From contig CAXXKM010000002.1 in the NCBI GenBank assembly GCA_963664435.2, positions 480,001 through 544,000 of the forward strand: DNA of 64,000 bases, in the 5' to 3' direction. Under the pieces are notes generated by a model, which worked only from the letters and a program-made list of their open reading frames with translations, was not told where the DNA came from and made no database searches. Position numbers and translations under genes: made by a program. The stretch comes from Longimicrobiales bacterium (lineage in GTDB: Bacteria > Gemmatimonadota > Gemmatimonadetes > Longimicrobiales > Gaopeijiaceae). Shown here piece after piece: positions 29,163 through 38,008 of the stretch; position 1 is the first letter of the stretch; the number at the start of each line of letters is the position of its first letter.

Positions 29163-30865
29163 CAAGTTTCTCCTCGACGGACCGGAGTCTCGCTGCGCTC
29201 CGCTAGTGGGCGCATGAGGCCCAGACCGAAGAACCGCCCGGCACCGAGCATGAACGGCCCGCATACGCCGTCATGGAACGTGAGCGATGCGTGAACGAGC
29301 TGCCGTCTCACGGGCTCGCCCTTTCGTCCCGCTTGGCGAAAAGGCGGGAAGTCGGCCACCCGCCGAGCGCCCGACATCCATGCATCTAGTGAGAGTCTCA
29401 CCTCGGACGGATCGGGCAGTCCGACATGCTTACACGCCAGCCTGATCGATGCCTCGGCCCGTCCCCACGCCTTCGCGCGAACTGCAGGGTTGCCTCGTGT
29501 CAGCGATCCAGGGTGACGTGGCAGGGCAACCGGCGTCGCGGACACCCACCGAGGAGATGGCCCTTTCCACACTGTGGGCCGCAACGATATCAGCTCAGAG
29601 ATTCCTGCAACCCTCCGTAGACGGACCTGACCACGGCTACCCAATGCGAGCGTCATATCCCCCTGGCGGCACCCGTGGTCGTCGAGAGTCGTCCGCTCCC
29701 ATAGTCCGATCGCGCGATGGAGGGCTGTTCGCGACATTCCGCCCATCGAGTTCGGTACGGAGAGTGCGATGCCGAGCATGCGGCCGTCGGCATGGGCAGA
29801 AGCCACATGGGGAATGGGCACGGTTGCCATGTGAGGGAGCAGGGTGGGCCGGCCGTCCCGCTGGTGGCCGCTCATCTCCTCCGGAATCGGGTCCTCGGCG
29901 TGGGCGAGAATCGCTGCGCGCATCGCCGAGGCGAGCTCGACGCCGCGAGTGACCGGAAAGCTCCGGCAATCGTGTGCAAGCTCGAAGACGATCCACTCGC
30001 CAACGGTGTCGGGCCACAAGAGCGTCTCCGCCGGCGATTCTAGGACGGCTTGGTAGCGCTCCGCAGTGTACGGGAGCGCCCGTGGCAGGTAGCCCTGATG
30101 GCGTGCGAATCGCCGCTCAAGCTCCGCAAGGTGCCCACGTCGGATTGTTCGGACAAGTGTCCCGCTTCCATCCGCCACTGGCACAAGAGTGGGCTCGGGT
30201 GGACTCGGTGCCACGCGACAAGACACCAGAGAGGACGAGTGCCCCAGCCGGGTCACACGCTCAAGCAACGGGTCAAGTGCCGGAGCTGCGGCGTCTGCCG
30301 TGCAGTTGCTCCAGACGTAGGTGACACAGGGCTCGTCCGGCACCATGGAGGGGAATGTACGCTCCTGTTTCCTCCGCCCCTCCGGTAACATCGCGACCGC
30401 CGTGCTCGGGGGCGTCTTTCCGGTACGTCCGGTGGCGTTGGCCACGTTGCGCTTGCTGGCCAATCGGTTCTGGAGTACTACTACCGCGGGCGTGACCTCC
30501 CCTACCGAAGCTGCCAGTGCTTCGTGGACCCGATCCGAGGCTTCGTAGACTTCTGCGGCTCGCCGTTCCTGGAGACTTCGACTGATCACCGCCGCGTCGT
30601 TCACGGGCACGAAGTGCGAAACCGTCCGGCGCGGCACGGCTTCGGACGCGGCGATCGCCGGAGCCCCGAGGCCCTCCAACCACTCAAGAGCCTTCCGCTC
30701 TTCGGGATCTGCTTCTTCCGGCTCCGCCCAAGCCGCGACCAGAGCCGAGAACAGGCGTGCGGGGTGCGGAGGCCACTCTCCGGCCCTGCGGTCGTTGTGG
30801 GACGTGGCAACGTACCTGCCGGTCAGGAAGTGGACCTCGATGGCGAACTTGTCGTTGCGCGGCAC
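29162..30865 (-). CDS. csb2: Csb2 (Cas5-Cas6 fusion)
   Basis: EWPPHPARLFSALVA, RLGHSSSLV, WVSATP, GPFMLGAGRFFGLGL. Confidence 0.95.
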   Translation of the reverse strand: MPRNDKFAIEVHFLTGRYVATSHNDRRAGEWPPHPARLFSALVAAWAEPEEADPEERKALEWLEGLGAPAIAASEAVPRRTVSHFVPVNDAAVISRSLQERRAAEVYEASDRVHEALAASVGEVTPAVVVLQNRLASKRNVANATGRTGKTPPSTAVAMLPEGRRKQERTFPSMVPDEPCVTYVWSNCTADAAAPALDPLLERVTRLGHSSSLVSCRVAPSPPEPTLVPVADGSGTLVRTIRRGHLAELERRFARHQGYLPRALPYTAERYQAVLESPAETLLWPDTVGEWIVFELAHDCRSFPVTRGVELASAMRAAILAHAEDPIPEEMSGHQRDGRPTLLPHMATVPIPHVASAHADGRMLGIALSVPNSMGGMSRTALHRAIGLWERTTLDDHGCRQGDMTLALGSRGQVRLRRVAGISELISLRPTVWKGPSPRWVSATPVALPRHPGSLTRGNPAVRAKAWGRAEASIRLACKHVGLPDPSEVRLSLDAWMSGARRVADFPPFRQAGRKGEPVRRQLVHASLTFHDGVCGPFMLGAGRFFGLGLMRPLAERSETPVRRGET

Positions 30866-30883
30866 GGTATTGGCCCTCGGGGC

Positions 30884-32122
30884 TTACGACGCGACCGCCA
30901 CCTTGCGGCTGCGCGCGATCAGTTCGAGTAGCTTGGGCGCCGGCTCCAGGCGGATCTCGCCGGACTCCCATGGTATCCCCAAGTCCACGGCGTGGGAGAC
31001 GCTCTCCGCTAGAACGGCCGCAACGGTCGGCCTGTCCAAGGAGCCCATTTCGTGGCTCGATCCGTCCCGCGTCAGCAGTTCCAACCGGGGCAGGTGGGTA
31101 GGCAGCAAGAGACACCGCGAGCGCAGATCGAAGTCGGCCTCGTGCTGATAGACCACCGCGGCCACTCCCAGAGCGGCCACCGCCGTCCTAGCGGCGGACT
31201 CGGCATCCCTCCCCAGCTCCTTGAAGCGCAACCGGCGTAGCGCCGCCAGCGAGATGACGGTGGTTTGGACCGCACGCGAAATCGTCACCCCTCCGGCCAG
31301 GCCATCGATCGAAGGCGGGATATTGCCGTGGTTGATCTTGGATGGCTGCCCGGCTTCGCCGCTCGCGCTCTTTCGCGAGGCGAACACCGGCTTGCCCTTC
31401 CTCTGCTCGGCTTCCCCGGGGTCCGTAGTCCAAACCTCCTCGGGGTCGGCGCTGTTGAAGACCCTGTCCTCGGGAGCGACCCGTTCGATCCGCAACGGAT
31501 CGATCCGGCTTCCGACCTTCCTGCCAACCTCGGCGTCGAAGCCGACGATCTCGGACACGTAAGCCCGTTGGAACTTCGATCCCAAGCCGCCCTTCGGTCC
31601 CGTCGAATCCCACATGCCGAACAGCAGGGACGTCGGCGAATAACGGTACATCTGGGTAGCGTCCCGCGGTGTGGCGTCGGTGATCGCGCGTCCAATTTCC
31701 GACAGGCGGAACAGGGTGCCATCCAGAAGGCTGTCCCGGAAGATGGCATCAGCGATCCGGTGAGGCGCTTCCAGCACGGTCAGCTTCTCGTAATCAGTGA
31801 GGCCCGCGCCGTTCGAGAAGTCAACGTACGGAACCGGGAACGCCAGCTCGCCTCGTTCCCAGCCATCGAGAAGCGCCATCTCCGCGCGGTTCGCCTGCGA
31901 TGCCACAGAATCGAGCAGGACAGTGACGGACTTGCTGTCTCCGTCGCCGACCTGCCGCTCCTCGACCGCGTACTTGTGTTCTCCGCGTCCATCCACGGCG
32001 TAGGTTGGGGGGAATACCTTGTCTCCCGCGCCACCCGCGGGCTGAAGCGTCAGGCGTGAGCGGAGCGCGACGGCACCGCCGCTGACGGCCTCCAGCAGGG
32101 CGGGGAAGGTGAGTTCGGTCAT
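30884..32122 (-). CDS. csb1: Type I-G Cas7 (Csb1)
   Basis: KVFPPTY, LDSVASQANR, APHRIAD, SLLFGMWDS; GGAGGA RBS before ATG 32122. Confidence 0.95.
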   Translation of the reverse strand: MTELTFPALLEAVSGGAVALRSRLTLQPAGGAGDKVFPPTYAVDGRGEHKYAVEERQVGDGDSKSVTVLLDSVASQANRAEMALLDGWERGELAFPVPYVDFSNGAGLTDYEKLTVLEAPHRIADAIFRDSLLDGTLFRLSEIGRAITDATPRDATQMYRYSPTSLLFGMWDSTGPKGGLGSKFQRAYVSEIVGFDAEVGRKVGSRIDPLRIERVAPEDRVFNSADPEEVWTTDPGEAEQRKGKPVFASRKSASGEAGQPSKINHGNIPPSIDGLAGGVTISRAVQTTVISLAALRRLRFKELGRDAESAARTAVAALGVAAVVYQHEADFDLRSRCLLLPTHLPRLELLTRDGSSHEMGSLDRPTVAAVLAESVSHAVDLGIPWESGEIRLEPAPKLLELIARSRKVAVAS

Positions 32123-32218
32123 GCTGCTCCTCCGTAGGGTTGGCTGGACCCGCCGTTCACCGCAGATGGCGGACCAGAAAGGTATTGTGGTCTTGCCAAG
32201 GGACACGGCTCACCGTGC

Positions 32219-32327
32219 TGGAATGCGGCGGTGGGACTCGAACCCACAACCTGTCCGGGCGGTCTCTCCCGCAAGGGATCGACCATTCGTAGACCCGAAC
32301 CGCTCTGTCCAAGTGAGCTACGCCACA
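32219..32327 (-). ncRNA. tRNA-Arg(ACG)-like RNA with 8-bp anticodon stem and 25-nt hairpin insertion
   Basis: Acceptor TGTGGCG/CGCCGCA, D arm GCTC-ACTTGGACA-GAGC, loop CTACGAA, variable AGGTT, T arm GTGGG-TTCGAGT-CCCAC, 3' TTCCA. Confidence 0.8.
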
Positions 32328-32430
32328 GTGCCGGAACCCGTGCGGGCCCCGGAACCCGTCCTCCGACGAATGGAGGCACCCCGCTGACGCACCAGCTTCA
32401 ATGAGGCTGTGGATGATCACGAGTGTATTC
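32328..32430 (-). CRISPR. Mini-array / crRNA-like regulatory RNA (degenerate repeat, ~39-nt guide, hairpin)
   Basis: 32395-32430 matches the array repeat at 21/36 positions, including 13 contiguous nt (GCCTCATTGAAGC). Guide TGGTGCGTCAGCGGGGTGCC... follows, then hairpin CCGGGGCCC-GCAC-GGGTTCCGG. Confidence 0.8.
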
Positions 32431-32447
32431 TGGTGAGTTAGAGGGGT
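32428..32447 (+). promoter_or_regulatory. Predicted Cascade target (TTC PAM plus protospacer) in the upstream region of the cas operon
   Basis: TTC followed by TGGTGAGTTAGAGGGGT matches the guide at 14/17 positions; AT-rich segment. Confidence 0.7.
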
Positions 32448-32905
32448 ATTTAAGAGGGCTAACCCATTCCTAACGGATATGCCCATCCAACGCAAGTCCC
32501 CCATTCGGCAACCGCTGACCTCGGACCCTACGGCTCCGAGCAACACGCGATCATGGAGGGGCGCGCTTCACGACCAGGAGCGGCGGCATGCACGGGAGCG
32601 GCGTCAACTGCGGACGGGCTGGCGAACGGACCAGCCGCGACCACCCCGTACACGGGGGCGACGAATTGTGCTGACGATGCTGCCTGTGCTCGAAGCACCG
32701 GCGTGCGTGGAGGCCCTCTCCAGGCGCGTGGCGATCAGGAGCTCGCCGAGATCGACGTCCTGCGCCCAACCGTCGGTCGCCAATAATGCCAGCGCGGAGG
32801 CAAGCGCTGCCAATTGAATGGCGGCTCGCCGACAACAGTGACAAAGAGATCCTGAAAGTGTCCGATCTTCCTGGATGGATGGTCGCCGTGGCTTTCGCCG
32901 CTCCC

Positions 32906-35900
32906 TCACCCCCCGTCCGTAATCAGCAGCAGCCCCCGCGTACGCAGCATCTCGTTCAGCGCCGCCACGTCCTCGGCGATCAGCGTCTCCACGGCGGTGA
33001 GGTGCAGCTGCAGCTGCTCGTGCAGGATGCCCTTCACCTCCGTCTCCTGGTCGGTGGGCGGGAAGTCGGCGATTGAGAGCGCGTTGGTCAGGTAGCCCAG
33101 CTTCGACAGCAGGCGGGCCTCGAAGCGGACCGCGTCCTGTCCCTGGCCGGTCTGGCGCAGGTCCACCAGGGTTCCCTGCAGCTCCGCCAGCTTGTCCTCC
33201 AGGTCCGCGATGGCGTCGGAGAGGGTCTCGTCCTCGGCAAACCGCGCCATCGTCTCGAGCTGGACCCTCAGCGCCTCCACCCGGTGCACGGCCTCGCCCG
33301 CGGTCACCACGTCCGCGCGCACATCCTTCAGGAAGGCGATCTGCTCCGCGATGTCCGCCTCGCTCCCGGCTGAATGCGGATCCTTGATGACGGTAAGCGG
33401 CTGCTCGTGCGTCGTCCCGTCCACGTTCAGGCGCACGGTGTACTGGCCGGGGGCCATCAGGATGGAAATCCGGGCCGCGCCGGGAGCCGGACGTCCCTCC
33501 TCGCCCACCGCGATGTGCTCGGCGTACATCGGTCTGGTGTACAGCATGATGGGATCGTTGGGCTCGTCCCGGAGATCCCAGTAGATGCGGTTCACGCCCG
33601 CATTGTTGCTCCCGTCCAGGGTGCGCACCACGGCGCCCATGCCGTCCACGATCTCGACGGTGGGCGCCTCTTCGGCCGGAGCCGCCAGCCAGTAGTTGAG
33701 GTAGGCCCCGTACTCCGGATCCACCCCGACGGTGGGATCGTCGTAGGGCACCGAAGGCGGCGTGATGGGCCTGAATCGATATGCGTCGCGGGGCGCGAAC
33801 AGGTGAGAACCGGACGCCATGACCTCCGGGGTCAGCTGCTGCAGGGGCGCGAGATCGTCGAAGATCCAGAAACCGCGCCCGTACGTGCCCACCACCAGGT
33901 CGTTGAAGTGCTCCTGGATGACGATGCCCGATACCGGGGCTGCGGGCAGGTTGTTCTGGAGCGGCTGCCAGTTGTCGCCGTCGTCGAAGGACACGTAGAT
34001 GGCGTTTTCGGTGCCGACGTAAAGGAGGCCCTGCCGCTTCGTGTCCTCGATGATGATCTTCGTGTAGCTCAGCATGCTCGGCGGTATCCCGTCGGTGATC
34101 TTCTCGAACGACGCGCCGTAGTCGCGCGTCCGGTAGACGTAGGGATCGCGCACGTTCATCTGGTGCCCGTCGATGGCCACGTATGCGGTGCCCGCGTCGT
34201 AGCGGGAGGCGGCGATGCTGCGCACGGCCAGCCATTCGGGCAGATCGGGCATGTTTTCGGTCACGTTGGTCCAGCTGGCGCCGTTGTCGCGGGTGACGTG
34301 CAGCAGGCCGTCGTTGGTGCCCGCCCAGATCAGCCCCTGCTCGATGGGCGACTCGGCGATGCCGAACACCACGCCCGCGTACTCGACGCCGATGTTGTCG
34401 CCGGTGAGCCCGCCGGAGAAGCCCATGCGGCTCCGGTCGTTGAGGGACAGATCGGGGCTGATGACCTCCCAGCTCTGGCCCCTGTTCTGCGTGCGGTGCA
34501 CGTGTTGGCTGCCGACGTAGACCGTGTTGTTGTCGTGCGGGGAGATGAGAATCGGGGCATCCCAGACGAAGCGGTAGCGGACGCCCTCCGCCGCGCCGCG
34601 GCTCTGTTCCGGCCACACCTCGACGCCCCGCCACTGGCGCCGGTCCTCCTCGTAGCGCACCACGATGCCGCCGACCATGCCCGACCCCGAGGCCGAGGAC
34701 CAGACGATGTTGGGGTCGACCGGATCGGGGGTGGCGAAGCCGCTCTCGCCGCCGCCCACGTGGTGCCACATGCCGCGCGGAATCCCGGTGATGCGCCGCT
34801 GGCCCTGGATGCGGCTGTTGCTGGGACCCCGGTACGTGGGCTCGTCCTGCTTGTTACCGAGGACGTTGTAGGGGATCTCGTTGTCCACGGTCACGTGGTA
34901 CATCTGCGCGTTGGTGAGGCGCTGGCGGAACCAGGTCTTGCCGCGGTTGATGGAGATGGAGAGCCCCTGGTCGTGCGCGACGATCATGCGGTCGCCGTTG
35001 CCGGGGTCGATCCACATGTCGTGGTGGTCCCCGCCCGGCGCGTCCTCGCGCGGGATCACGTTGATGGCGCGGCCGCCGTCGGTCGAGACCGAGAAGGAGG
35101 CGGTCAGGAAGTACGCCTCGTCCTCGTCGTCGGGCGAGACCACGACCCGCGAGTAGTAGTGCGGGCGGCCCATGGCGTTGCGGTTGCGGGTGATGCGGGT
35201 CCAGGTGCGGCCGCCGTCGGTCGAGCCCCAGACTTGGCCGTCCTCGGTCTCGCGGCCGTCCCAGGGAATCCCGTCGCCGGTCTCGAGCATCGCATAGACG
35301 CGCTGCGTATTCGAGGGCGCGATCGCCACCGCGACCTTGCCGACCGGAAGGTTGGGCAGCCCGATGCCGTTATCGGGACCATTGAGCTTCTCCCAGCTGT
35401 CGCCGCCGTCACGCGAGACGTGCAGGCCGCCGCCGGGTCCTCCGCTGGTGCGGCCATACGTGTGGATCTCCAGCTGCCAGGTCCCCGCGAACAGATTGCG
35501 CGGGTTGACGGGATCGAGAGCGATGTCGGAGCACCCCGTGTTCTCGTCCACGAAGAGCACATGCTCCCAGCTCTCGCCTCCGTCCATGGTGCGGAATACG
35601 CCGCGTTCGGGCTGCGGCCCATAGGAGTGCCCGAGCGCGCAGACGTAGACGATGTCGGGATCGGTCGGATGGATGGCGAGCCGGGGAATGCGCCCGGTCT
35701 GCTCGAGCCCCATGAGTGTCCAGGTCTGGCCCGCGTCCGTGGACTTGTAGATTCCCTGCCCGACGGAGATGTGGCTGCGGATCTTTCCCTCGCCGGTGCC
35801 GGCCCAGACGATGTTGGGATCGGTCAGGGACACCCCCAGCGAGCCGATCGACTGCACCGGCTGGTCGTCGAAGATGGCGTCCCAGTTCACCCCGCCGTCG

Positions 35901-36127
35901 GTGGTCTTGTAGATGCCCCCGGAGGCGGCGCCGACGTAGTAGGTGTAGGGGTCGCCCGGCAGCCCGGCGGCCGCGGAGAAGCGGTTGCCCTCGGGGCCGA
36001 TGTAGCGCCATTCGAGGTCGGCGTAGGCTTCGGGAGCAGGCGCCTGCTGGGCGGCGGCGGGCGCGGAAGCCGCAACCAGGGCCAGGAGAAGGAAAAGGGC
36101 GAACGTGCGGGAAGCGAAGGCGTTCAT
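32906..36127 (-). CDS. Secreted VPS10/sortilin-like BNR-repeat glycosyl hydrolase
   Basis: Signal peptide; many S/T-x-D-x-G-x-T/S-W Asp boxes; DHHDMWIDP; GTYGRGFWI. Confidence 0.9.
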   Translation of the reverse strand: MNAFASRTFALFLLLALVAASAPAAAQQAPAPEAYADLEWRYIGPEGNRFSAAAGLPGDPYTYYVGAASGGIYKTTDGGVNWDAIFDDQPVQSIGSLGVSLTDPNIVWAGTGEGKIRSHISVGQGIYKSTDAGQTWTLMGLEQTGRIPRLAIHPTDPDIVYVCALGHSYGPQPERGVFRTMDGGESWEHVLFVDENTGCSDIALDPVNPRNLFAGTWQLEIHTYGRTSGGPGGGLHVSRDGGDSWEKLNGPDNGIGLPNLPVGKVAVAIAPSNTQRVYAMLETGDGIPWDGRETEDGQVWGSTDGGRTWTRITRNRNAMGRPHYYSRVVVSPDDEDEAYFLTASFSVSTDGGRAINVIPREDAPGGDHHDMWIDPGNGDRMIVAHDQGLSISINRGKTWFRQRLTNAQMYHVTVDNEIPYNVLGNKQDEPTYRGPSNSRIQGQRRITGIPRGMWHHVGGGESGFATPDPVDPNIVWSSASGSGMVGGIVVRYEEDRRQWRGVEVWPEQSRGAAEGVRYRFVWDAPILISPHDNNTVYVGSQHVHRTQNRGQSWEVISPDLSLNDRSRMGFSGGLTGDNIGVEYAGVVFGIAESPIEQGLIWAGTNDGLLHVTRDNGASWTNVTENMPDLPEWLAVRSIAASRYDAGTAYVAIDGHQMNVRDPYVYRTRDYGASFEKITDGIPPSMLSYTKIIIEDTKRQGLLYVGTENAIYVSFDDGDNWQPLQNNLPAAPVSGIVIQEHFNDLVVGTYGRGFWIFDDLAPLQQLTPEVMASGSHLFAPRDAYRFRPITPPSVPYDDPTVGVDPEYGAYLNYWLAAPAEEAPTVEIVDGMGAVVRTLDGSNNAGVNRIYWDLRDEPNDPIMLYTRPMYAEHIAVGEEGRPAPGAARISILMAPGQYTVRLNVDGTTHEQPLTVIKDPHSAGSEADIAEQIAFLKDVRADVVTAGEAVHRVEALRVQLETMARFAEDETLSDAIADLEDKLAELQGTLVDLRQTGQGQDAVRFEARLLSKLGYLTNALSIADFPPTDQETEVKGILHEQLQLHLTAVETLIAEDVAALNEMLRTRGLLLITDGG

Positions 36128-36215
36128 GGCAGGTCTCGTGGGAGGTGGTGGAGGATGAGGACTGTGTTCTGGAAAAAGCCCCTCGGAAACCTCGGTCTCC
36201 GGGCGCGTTATTGAC

Positions 36216-37724
36216 TTAGTGCGCCAGCTCGCCCGCGGGCGTCAGGCGGGACACGACGGCGGCCCGGGTGGCATCGACGATCAGATCGATTTCGGCAGAG
36301 GTGACGGCGAAGTGAGGCGTGTAGCGGACGGAGTTCCTGCCCCCGTGAATCACGCCCACGCCGTGGCGGCGCATCTCCTCCTCCACGCTTCCAGGCCCGT
36401 GGCTCTTGATGCCGGGCTCGAAGGCGCAGCTGACGAGGAGGCCCGTGCCCTGCACGGCGGTAATCGGTCCATCGAGATCGGTGGCTGCGCGCTCGAGCTT
36501 CGCCACGAACTCGGCGCCGCGCGCGCGGATGTTGTCGCGCATTTCCGGGGTGAGCGATGACAGCACGGCCACCGCCACCTCGAGGGCGCGCGGGTTGGTG
36601 GTCATGGTATTGCCGTACACGCCCCGCCGGTACATCCCCGCGGCCCGCGGCGTCATCCCTACCACCGAAAGCGGGTACTGGCCCGCGTTGAGCGCCTTGG
36701 ACCAGGTCTCCACGTCGGGGGGCTCGGCATCCTCGAATGCGGGATAATCGATGATGGAGAGGCATCCGTGCGCCCGCAGCCCGGCCTGGATCGAATCGAC
36801 CACCAGGAGTCCGCCGTGGGCACGGGACAGCGCGCGCGCCGCATCGTAGAATTCGCGGGTCACGGCCTTGCCGGGATTCCCCTCGCCCATCACCGGCTCC
36901 ATGTAGAAGGCCTCGATGAACCAGCCCTGCTCCTCGGCGAGAGCGTAGAGATGACGCAACTGGCCGATGTCGTTCGCGGGCACCTTCAGGGCGTCGTGAT
37001 CGCGGAAGCTGGCGAGATGCTCCTGGTAGTAGCAGTGGGTTGAGTCGGAGACCTGGGCGGGCCGGCTGGTGCGGCCGTGGAAACCGCCCTCCAGCGCGAG
37101 CGTCCGGATGGCGGCTCCGTCGCGGGGCCCACCCGGGTCGGTAACCTGTTTCGCGTGGATGTCCGCGAGACGGGACGCGAAGGTCATCGCCTCGGAGCCG
37201 CTGTTGAGGCACACGAAGCGCTCGAAGGGGCATGCCCGGCCCGTACGATGGCCGATCTCGGCCTCCAGCGCCCGGACCAGTCGAGCCTGGCTCGGGCTGG
37301 CCGTCATGACATTGGCCATGACCCGGGGTTCGCTCATGGCGTCGAGGATCGCCTGTGGCGCGTGCCCGAGCCCGAGCATGCCGTAGCCGCCGGAATCGTG
37401 GATCAGGGCGCCCGCGGTGGTCACGATCCAGGGTCCGCGCGCGGCGAGGGCCACGTAGGGGTTGACCAGGTCGTCGGGATAGAAGTTGAGGTAGCCTCGC
37501 TGCATCCGTCTGACCTGGTCGGCCTCGTCGAGGCCGGCGAGGCGGGGCAGATCGCGCCGCAATCGTCGATGGTACTCCGCCGCCTCGACCGCGGCCTGGC
37601 GAAGCAGGGCATCCCCCGCGGCGAAGCGCTCGATCACGGCGTCCGGCAGGCCGGGCGAGGAGCTCGTCCCGCTTTGGTCCCGGATTTCGCGAAGGATCGC
37701 CAGGGTATCGCGGGGGGTCGGCAT
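36216..37724 (-). CDS. Class III PLP-dependent aminotransferase
   Basis: NSGSEA, FHGRT, EPVMGEG, DSIQAG, SKALNAG. Confidence 0.9.
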   Translation of the reverse strand: MPTPRDTLAILREIRDQSGTSSSPGLPDAVIERFAAGDALLRQAAVEAAEYHRRLRRDLPRLAGLDEADQVRRMQRGYLNFYPDDLVNPYVALAARGPWIVTTAGALIHDSGGYGMLGLGHAPQAILDAMSEPRVMANVMTASPSQARLVRALEAEIGHRTGRACPFERFVCLNSGSEAMTFASRLADIHAKQVTDPGGPRDGAAIRTLALEGGFHGRTSRPAQVSDSTHCYYQEHLASFRDHDALKVPANDIGQLRHLYALAEEQGWFIEAFYMEPVMGEGNPGKAVTREFYDAARALSRAHGGLLVVDSIQAGLRAHGCLSIIDYPAFEDAEPPDVETWSKALNAGQYPLSVVGMTPRAAGMYRRGVYGNTMTTNPRALEVAVAVLSSLTPEMRDNIRARGAEFVAKLERAATDLDGPITAVQGTGLLVSCAFEPGIKSHGPGSVEEEMRRHGVGVIHGGRNSVRYTPHFAVTSAEIDLIVDATRAAVVSRLTPAGELAH

Positions 37725-38008
37725 CAAGCTCGCTCCGGGGTGAGGGTTGCGCTCGCGGGCGGAAGGTCAAGCTAGAAAGCCGGGGGGTGATTGAAAACTC
37801 ACGCGTTACCCCGTCGTCACCAGGGTCAACGTGAAGTTACTGGAACATGTTGGACGGGAGAGCCGCCGGGGCAAGTCTCTCCGGTTTTTCCGAAGCGGCA
37901 TTCCTGAAGGTCGCCCGGCGGGTCGGCTCGCGTACCTTGTTGGGGTGTACGAGCAGCAATGGCGATTCTCCGGCCCCGGACCGGACCCATCAACCTGGAG
38001 TTGGACTC

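Noticed and set aside
32157..32180. Possible second guide target (minus strand TTC-TGGTCCGCCATC...)
   Set aside because: Mismatches at seed positions 5, 8 and 11 do not fit the 6-nt periodicity; too weak to call.
32219..32327. Calling this a normal tRNA or an amber (CTA) suppressor
   Set aside because: The anticodon arm cannot form a canonical 5-bp stem with a 7-nt loop; the alternative fold gives only a 6-nt loop.
32157..32546. 129 aa ORF across the ncRNA cassette, and the upstream extension of csb1 to 32206
   Set aside because: No protein motifs; better explained by RNA structure. csb1 has a strong RBS at 32122.
33374..36214. Long antisense or alternative-frame ORFs (also 37826-39862, 40233-42338, 43908-45716, 58900-61104)
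   Set aside because: Shadow ORFs typical of high-GC DNA, overlapping well-supported genes.
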